From NCBI GenBank assembly GCA_951406725.2, contig OX597839.1, positions 20,150,001 through 20,214,000 of the forward strand: a stretch of DNA of 64,000 bases. Reading direction: 5' to 3'. Source of the DNA: Octopus vulgaris. Taxonomy: Eukaryota. Shown here in pieces: positions 55,278-64,000 of this stretch. The notes beneath the pieces were generated by a model. That model searched no databases. It saw only the letters and a list, made by a program, of their open reading frames with translations, and had not been told where the DNA came from. Made by a program: the position numbers and the translations under genes. Each line of letters opens with the position of its first letter. Positions within the stretch are counted from its first letter, which is position 1.

Positions 55278-55867
55278 CTCGACTAGTTTGGTTTTGTTGT
55301 TCTTTAACACCAGTTGTGCCCTACAGAAGCAGACCTTAATGTTCTATATATTTAGGAGATGAGGAATTATGTACATTATTCACATCATTTACATTTGACG
55401 GATATTTATCCTCGTCTTGTTTCTTCAGAGCTTTCTAGATGTCGGCTACTTACATTGATTACTACTTTCACAGGTGGGTGACGGACTTCAGTCTTCATTC
55501 TCTGACCTTTGAGTTCCATAAACTTCTTAATCTGGTGTGTCTTCACCATTTGAAATTATTTCATGTACGACTTTCCCAGATCTTGTTGGATTCTCTTTCT
55601 ATCATCTTCTCTGATTATTTTCCTAAGTAATGAAGATAACCTCTCTTTGATTTCGTTATTCAATTGATGTTTATTTCCAACGGTTGTAATGGATCCCCTC
55701 GGGGACGAGGGCGTGTCCTGTCCTTTCCGTTACTCTTCTAGCCTTATATGAATCCACTAGTGTCATTATATTCAAGCCAAGTGGTATTAGGTTTGAGTCT
55801 CTACATCTACACAGGAAAGTTAGAGGGTTTGAAAGACGAACTAGTTTTTGATGGAGTTTCTCTATAC

Positions 55868-56271
55868 GCGCAGGAGTGGCTGTGTTGTAAGTAGCTTGCT
55901 AACCAACCACATGGTTCCGGGTTCAGTCCCATTGCGTGGCATTTTGGGCAAGTGTCTTCTGCTATAGCCCCGGGCCGACCAATGCCTTGTCAGTGGATTT
56001 GGTAGACGGAAACTGAAGGAAGCCTGTCGTATATATGTATATATATGTATGTGTGTGTTTGTGTGTCTGTGATTGTCCCCCTAGCATTGCTTGACAACCA
56101 ATGCTGGTGTGTTTACGTCCCCGTCACTTAGCGGTTCGGCAAAAGAGACCGATAGAATAAGTACTGGGCTTACAAAGAATAAGTCCTGGGGTCGATTTGC
56201 TCGACTAAAGGCGGTGCTCCAGCATGGCCGCAGTCAAATGACTGAAACAAGTAAAAGAGTAAAAGAGAGAG
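55868..56271 (+). mobile_element. SINE family A, full length
   Basis: Same head, body and tail, ending (GTAAAAGA)n. Confidence 0.92.
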
Positions 56272-56543
56272 TATATGTCTCCACTGAAGTCTAATGTCGG
56301 GCTCCGTACCGATTAGATAATACAGTTCTATATTTAAGAGATGAGGAATTATGTACATTATTCACATTATTTACATTTGACGGATATTATCCTCATCAAG
56401 ATGTGGATAAATATCCGTCAAATGTAAATAATATAAATAGAAACAGACCTATAGCAAAAATTGCTGTTTAGGAACTCTTCCTCTGACGACATTATCAAAT
56501 ACAAAGACACACGTACCACACACATATACAAACACACACGCAC

Positions 56544-56603
<60 letters not shown>

Positions 56604-58003
56604 ACATACACACACACACACACAGACACACAACGTTTGCTCTTTCGTAATTTATTTGATTCATTTATAGCATCAACAAAGCATATACTCCATCTAATGA
56701 AAGATAAATATCATATGATATACAAAATAGGCTTTAAAAAGACGCTACGAATCGTTTCATGCCGAAGGAACACAATAAATTTGGTTGGTTTATATATCAT
56801 GTCGTGTGCCTCAAAGCAATCCTTCAGGCTCAGTGCATGCTGTTCGTCCTCTGTAAAAACCAGAACGCTGGTCTTTGAGAAAACATAAGAAAACACGAGA
56901 AGGTAAACGAGACTCGAAAAAGAAAATTACGTCCGCTTATGCGAAGGCAATTTTAAAAGCCGTTAAGCAAACCACTTGTCGTCTTTCTGACAAATTGATA
57001 AAATTTAAGCTACTAAATTGGCGACACATATATGGGAGCTGAAGATTAAATGCACATAACTTAAAATCAATTATAAAATCGTGAACAAATTTACGCTATA
57101 TATAAATTGGTCAAAGAGATGTAAGCTATACTTAGCTGAAAGATCTCATATTTTTAGATACAATAACTGAACCACACTACTTAATTTCAAATCAGAATTT
57201 TTTAGAAAATGTAAGCACATGGAAAAATTTCGATTGTCGAACTGAAGGACACTACCCTCTCTGAATTGAGTAACACTCGCACAAACTTTGGTCTCAACTC
57301 TGTCAACTAGAAAAGACCGGTAGATAGGAATTGGCTACTGGAAGCTGAACGTGACCTTTCCGGTGCGCAAACATTTCAGAGACAGGGTCACCTAACTAGT
57401 TAAGTTAGGTGACGGGGCTGCTACCACCGACAACGGGGCACGGGATATTCTGAAGGGAAAAATTAGAACAGTATCGCTTAGATATAGTACAGAGGTTAAG
57501 TTAGAAAAAAAAATCGATCTACAGAATTTACCATTTAGGAGAGGCTCGTATGGCCCTCGACTATTCCTTCGACGTGAAACACGAAGGAAACGCAGTCCAT
57601 GCTGAGGGTACGAAGTGTTCAAAGGGTCTTCGTAATGCAAGAGCAACGTGACAGCAAAGTGGATGCTACCACCCCCAAGTGAAAGTTGAGTCGGTCCAGG
57701 TGGGCGCTGGTACCTACGAGAAAAAAAGCGTTGGGAGGAAGGCAGCGGATTGGGGGACGCTAGGAATTTATTATAATAATATTATAGTATTGTATATAAA
57801 TTATATAATATTATATTAAATATCGAACGATTCATAGTATATAAAATATTTATCCATAAAAATAAGGGTGTAAGTGCTGAGGGTATTATGAGGCCATGAG
57901 GGGTTACCGTGGCCCCAAAAGTTTGAGAGCTTTGCTGTATAGTAACCTACGTCTGGCGCGTAATCTCTACTTCCAAACAGATGAGTGCAGTTTTCCAGTA
58001 ACA

Positions 58004-58036
<33 letters not shown>

Positions 58037-58206
58037 CAGCAGCAGCAGTAGGAGGAGAAGTGGTAGAATAGGAGAAGGAGGAGGAGCGGGAAGAGGAGGA
58101 AGAAGCGGAAGGGGAGGAGCAGGAGCAGGAGGAAGAGGAGGATCAGTAGTTGTAGTAGTAGTAATAGTAGCAGCAGCAGTAATAGTAGTAGCTGTAGTAG
58201 TAGTAA

Positions 58207-58254
<48 letters not shown>

Positions 58255-60144
58255 CATGCAGCAGTAGTAGTAGTAGTAGTAGTTGAGGTTGCGATGGTGG
58301 GATTGGTGCTGGTGAGGTATGTAGTATAGGTGAACAGTATAGGTAAATGTATGTGGTAGGGGTCGTCGTGTACGTGTGTGGGTGGCGGTGGTGGCGGCGG
58401 TGATGGTGGTGGTGGTGGTGGTGGTGGAAGGTGTGAACGGAGAGGTTTTAATATGGAAATTAAGTCATGCATAGCAAACGATCTCACCATTTGCTGAAAT
58501 ATGCTCCGCCAGATATTTATAGCCGTGCCGTGTATTTATGTAGACTAGTTGCGGCGGTGGTGGTGGTAGTGGTGTTTGGTGGTGGCAGTGGTGGTGGTAG
58601 TGGTAGTGGTATGTAGTGGTCGCGGGGGTGGAGGTAGTGGTGGTGACGGTGGCGGTTTTGGTCATGGTGCTGGTATAGGCGGTTTCGGTTCTTTGTAACA
58701 AAGCTGGTTGTGATGTTAGACAGTGGTGATGGTGGTGGTGGTGGCTTTGGTGGTGGTGGTGGTGGGGTGATGTTAGTAGTGGTTGTACTTGTGGTGGTGG
58801 TGGTGGTGGTGGTGGTTGTACTTGTGGTGGTTGTGATGATGCAGATGGTGGTGGTTGCACTTGTGGTGGTGATGGTTGTGATCATGGTGGTGGTGGTTGT
58901 ACATGTGGTGGTGGTGGTGGTAATGGTGATGGTGGTGGTTTTCATTCATTTAATGTTGATGGGTGTGATGGTGGTAGTCATGGTGGTAATAGGTGAGTAG
59001 TAATAGTAGTTGTAATAGTAGTGGTGTTGGTGGTGGCGGTGGTGGTAGTAGTAGTAGTAGTATTGGCTAGTGTCTGTAAAGGTTTAGGTGGTAGCGATGG
59101 TATTCTTTATATTAGTGGTAGCAATGGTGGCACTGGTGGCCGCGGCGGTGGCGATGGTGGTGGGTTTGACGCTGGTGTAGATTGTGGCAACCCTTGAGAT
59201 ATCGCTGAAAGTGTCCAGCATAATGCTGAGGATAATGATGGCCACAAAGGTTGAGGCGGTGGTGGTAGTGGTGGTGGTGGTGTGGTGGTGGTGGTGGTGG
59301 TGGTGGTGGTGGTGTTGGTGGTAGAGGTTTTGGATGGTGGTCTCGCCGTGCTTAATGTCTCTTTCGGGAGTTCCGGGGTGCTGATATGGGAGGTGATGGC
59401 TTTGGAGTGGAATGGCTACGGACCCTTTGATGATGTCGAGTGAATTCTTGGTGATGGTGGGGGTGTTGTTGGTGCGGGGGAGGTAGATAACAGTGGTTGC
59501 TGAGGTGGTGGCGGTGGTAGTGTCTTGGTGACAGTGGTGGTAATGGTGGTGGCGATGAGAGATGACGGTAGCAATGATGATGTTGGTCGTGGTTATGATG
59601 GTGGTGGTGGTGGTGGTAGTGGTGGTAGTGGTGGTTGTGGTGGTAGTGGTGGCGGTGGTGATGGTTGTGGTGGTGGTGGTAGTGGTGGTAGTGGTGGTTG
59701 TGGTGGTAGTGGTGGCGGTGGTGATGGTTGTGGTGGTGGTGGTAGTGGTGGTAGTGGTGGTTGTGGTCGTAGTGGTGGCGGTGGCGATGGTTGTGGTGGT
59801 TGTGGTGGTGGTGGTGGTTGTGGCGGTGGTGATGGTTGTGGTGGTGGTGATTGTGGTCGTAGTGGTGGCGGTGGTGGTAGCGGCGAAGGGCGGCGGCGGC
59901 GACGGTGGTGATCTTTGTAGTGATGGTAGATGTGATATGGGTGGTATTTGTAATGGCGATGGTGGTGCAGGGAAACAGGTTGTGTTTGGCGATGATGACT
60001 ATGGCGGAGACGAAGGCCGTGCTTTTTTGTATTAGTAGTGTTTGTTTGTTTGTTTGTTTGTGTTGGTGACAGTTGTTGTTGTTGTTGTTGTTATTGTTGT
60101 ACTAGTGATTGCAGAAGATGGTGATAGTGGCGATGGTGGAGGTT

Positions 60145-60215
60145 TATGATGATGATGATGATCACGATAATGACACGACGACGATGATGATGATGATAAT
60201 GATGACGATAATGAC

Positions 60216-60247
<32 letters not shown>

Positions 60248-60284
60248 CGACGATGATGATGATGATAATGATGACGATAATGAC

Positions 60285-60316
<32 letters not shown>

Positions 60317-60353
60317 CGACGATGATGATGATGATAATGATGACGATAATGAC

Positions 60354-60385
<32 letters not shown>

Positions 60386-60422
60386 CGACGATGATGATGA
60401 TGATAATGATGACGATAATGAC

Positions 60423-60454
<32 letters not shown>

Positions 60455-60491
60455 CGACGATGATGATGATGATAATGATGACGATAATGAC

Positions 60492-60523
<32 letters not shown>

Positions 60524-60560
60524 CGACGATGATGATGATGATAATGATGACGATAATGAC

Positions 60561-60592
<32 letters not shown>

Positions 60593-60629
60593 CGACGATG
60601 ATGATGATGATAATGATGACGATAATGAC

Positions 60630-60661
<32 letters not shown>

Positions 60662-60847
60662 CGACGATGATGATGATGATAATGATGACGACGATGATGA
60701 TGATGTCGACGATGCTGCTGCTGATGATGATGACAACGACGACGACGATGATGATGATGATAATGATGACGACGATAATGACGACGATGATGATGATGAT
60801 AATGACACGACGACGATGATGATGATGATAATGATGACGATAATGAC

Positions 60848-60879
<32 letters not shown>

Positions 60880-60916
60880 CGACGATGATGATGATGATAA
60901 TGATGACGATAATGAC

Positions 60917-60948
<32 letters not shown>

Positions 60949-60949
60949 C

Positions 60950-60981
<32 letters not shown>

Positions 60982-61125
60982 CGACGATGATGATGATGTC
61001 GACGATGCTGCTGCTGATGATGATGACAACGACGACGACGATGATGATGATGATAATGATGACGACGATAATGACGACGACGACGATGCTGCTGATGATG
61101 ATGATGACGACGACGATGATGATAA
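60145..61125. repeat. GAT/GAC/AAT tract with 69-bp higher-order period
   Basis: ATAATGACGACGATG recurs at 60241, 60310, 60379 and onward. Confidence 0.9.
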
Positions 61126-61542
61126 TGGCGTGGTGATGGTGATGGTTGGTGGTGATGGTGTGGTTGTTATGCTATTGTAGTGCTGCAGTTGTGCTGTTGG
61201 GTTGAGGTCGTAGTTGCTATGGTAACTGTGACGGTTGTACCGACGACGATGAACGATAATCACAAAATATATCCATGCGTTGTGGTGATGGAATTCATGG
61301 TCGCACATCGTCGTCGCCATTGTTATTGCTGCTGCTGTTGTTTTGTTGCTGTTGTTGTTGCTGCTGTTGTCGTTGTTGCTACTACTGATGTGGTTGTTGT
61401 TGCTGCTGCTGCGGTTGTTGTTGTTGTTATTGCTGCTGCTGCGGTTGTTGTTGTTGTTATTGCTGCTGCTGCTGTTATTGTTTTGTTGCTGTTGTTGTTA
61501 TTGCTGTTATTGTTGCTGTTGTTGCTGTTGTTGTTGTTGTTG

Positions 61543-61573
<31 letters not shown>

Positions 61574-61659
61574 AGTTGTTGTTGTTTAGCCCTAGGCTGG
61601 TCCTTATTAAGCAGACTTTTGAACAATGGATATTAAGAGCCACGATTCAGCCGTGATGA

Positions 61660-61900
61660 AATTGCAAGAAGGCAGCAACACTGTACGGCGGTGACAAAGA
61701 AGGGAAACCCAAAACTGCATGCTGAAAGCGACCAATCAAACCATTAAGCCTGCATCATCCTTCAACTACCTTAGAACTTTGATCACAGACGATGCAAGAT
61801 GTGTGACGGAGATCAAAAGACGAATATTGCTGAGAGAACTCTCCGTTCTCAAAATTGTATAACACTCTGAGAATCCGCACTCTGAGCGTCAAGACACACA
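61660..61900 (+). mobile_element. Degenerate RTE/BovB-type RT fragment
   Basis: SFNYLRTLITDDARCVTEIKRRI (61758-61826) resembles the RTE post-RT motif F.YLGS.I..DG.C..EIKRRI. Confidence 0.65.
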
Positions 61901-61914
61901 TCCATGAATTGGAC

Positions 61915-62323
61915 TTACTCTTTACTCTTTTACTTGTTTCAGTCATTTGACTGCGGCCATGCTGGAGCACCGCCTTTAGTCGAGCAATTCGACCCCCGGG
62001 ACTTATTCTTTTTGTAAGCCCAGTACTTATTCTATCGGTCTCTTTTTGCCGAACCGCTTAAGTAACGGGGACATAAACACACCAGCATCGGTTGTCAAGC
62101 GATGCTAGGGGGACAAACACAAACACACACACATACACACATATATATATACATATATACGAAGGGCTTCTTTCAGTTTCCGTCTACCAAATCCACTCAC
62201 AAGGCATTGGTCGGCCCGGGGCTTTAGCAGAAGACACTTGCCCAAGATGCCACGCAGTGGGACTGAACCCGGAACCATGTGGTTGGTTAGCAAGCTACTT
62301 ACCACACAGCCACTCCTGCGCCT
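61915..62323 (-). mobile_element. SINE family A, full length
   Basis: Same head, body and tail. Confidence 0.92.
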
Positions 62324-62500
62324 GATTTTAAAATTTAAAAAAGTTGCCTTCTCGGGTCATGTCGACTCATTAAGGGCCGGTTTCCCTGTTTTCATGGTGT
62401 ATATATTACCCACATGGGGCGCCGGTCTATCACAAGATTATTTTTGCCAGCTGAGTGGCTGTGTTATTGGACGTTCAGGAAAGGAAAGAAAAGAAAAAGG

Positions 62501-62535
62501 ATTTTAAGTTTCGAGCGGAGCTCTTCATCAGAAAT
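62501..62535 (-). ncRNA. Minimal hammerhead-like motif in a dispersed repeat terminus
   Basis: Minus strand AUUU-CUGAUGA-A-GAGC-UCC-GCUC-GAAA-CUUA-AAAU. Stem III is vestigial. Confidence 0.55.
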
Positions 62536-62605
62536 ATAGAAAAAGTCCAAAGAAGGGAAGACGGAGAAAGAAAATCGCCAACTATGCACAAACGATCACA
62601 TATTG

Positions 62606-62661
<56 letters not shown>

Positions 62662-62779
62662 TATATATATACACACACATATATATATATACACACATAT
62701 ATATATACACATATGTATATATATATATATATATATACATATGTATATATACATATATATATATACATATATATATACA

Positions 62780-62862
<83 letters not shown>

Positions 62863-62890
62863 ACATATATATATATACGTATATATATAC

Positions 62891-62929
<39 letters not shown>

Positions 62930-63172
62930 CAATTGTATATATATACATATATATATATACATATATATATACATATATATATACATATATATATACATAT
63001 ATATATACATATATATATATATACATATATATATATAGTATATATATACATATATATATATAAAATATACATATATATATATACATATATATATACATAT
63101 ATATATATACATATATATATACATATATATATACATATATATATATACATATATATATACATATATATATAC

Positions 63173-63241
<69 letters not shown>

Positions 63242-63262
63242 CACACATCTTTATATATATTT

Positions 63263-63293
<31 letters not shown>

Positions 63294-63738
63294 CTTTCAA
63301 TTATCACAGTTAAAAGACCAATAAACTGTCGGACAAAACGGAATTGGAAAGCAGCTTAATTTGCATTGATTGCTTATTATTGATTATCGAATTAAAACAT
63401 AATTGTTTCATGAATATTGGTATCTCCTCTCTCGCTTTTTATTTATTTATTTTATCCATTTATTTATTCCTTTATTTATTCATTTATATCTATAGTTATT
63501 TATTTTCTTACAAATCAGTTATTTGGCGGACCGCAAATTAGGTTTCTTCATTTTAATGAATGTATTTCTTCGTTGACATAGATTTAAATAATCGTATTTA
63601 AATCACTAGACAGATCAATTTACCCTCTCGTTTTTTTCTCTCTACCTTTTGTCTATCCATCCAGCCATACATCCAGCCATCCAGTCATACATTCATATAT
63701 ACATACATACACACACACACACACATATATATATATAT

Positions 63739-64000
63739 TGGTAAGTAGTTTTCCTACCAACCACATGGTTCCGGGTTCAGTCCCACTGCGTGGCACCTTG
63801 GGCAAGTGTCTTCTACTATAGCCTCGGGCCGACCAAAGCCTTGTGAGTGGATTTGGTAGACGGAAACTGAAAGAAGCCTGTTGCGTATATGTATATATAT
63901 ATGTGTGTGTGCGTGTATGTTTGTGTGTCTGTGTCTGTCCCCCTAGCATTGCTTGACAACCGATGCTGGTGTGTTTCTGTCTCCGTCACTTAGCGGTTCG
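63739..64000 (+). mobile_element. SINE family A, runs off the window end
   Basis: Head and body match family A. Confidence 0.9.

Overview
AT-rich, repeat-saturated eukaryotic DNA, most likely from an octopus (cephalopod) genome, judged from the recurring tRNA-derived SINEs and the microsatellite spectrum (recognition, not a search). I can support no host protein-coding exon, and almost all ORF-track entries are translations of (TA)n, (CA)n, (TATG)n, (GATA)n or trinucleotide tracts. The real coding signal is all from transposable elements. (1) A full-length 6.1-kb Helitron (43061-49205, minus strand) with both termini and a ~1,623-codon RepHel frame broken by one in-frame TGA. (2) A 5'-truncated L1/Tx1-clade LINE inside (GATA)n. 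(3) A CR1-clade LINE remnant. (4) R4/Dong-like, RTE and Tc1 fragments, plus several MITEs. Non-coding highlights: a complete type I hammerhead-ribozyme fold inside an inverted repeat (2799-2884), with several minimal or degenerate relatives; two SINE families whose 3' tails match the Tx1 and CR1 LINEs in the same window, one with a compensatory stem-loop change; and apparent partitioning of retroelement families among different microsatellite targets.
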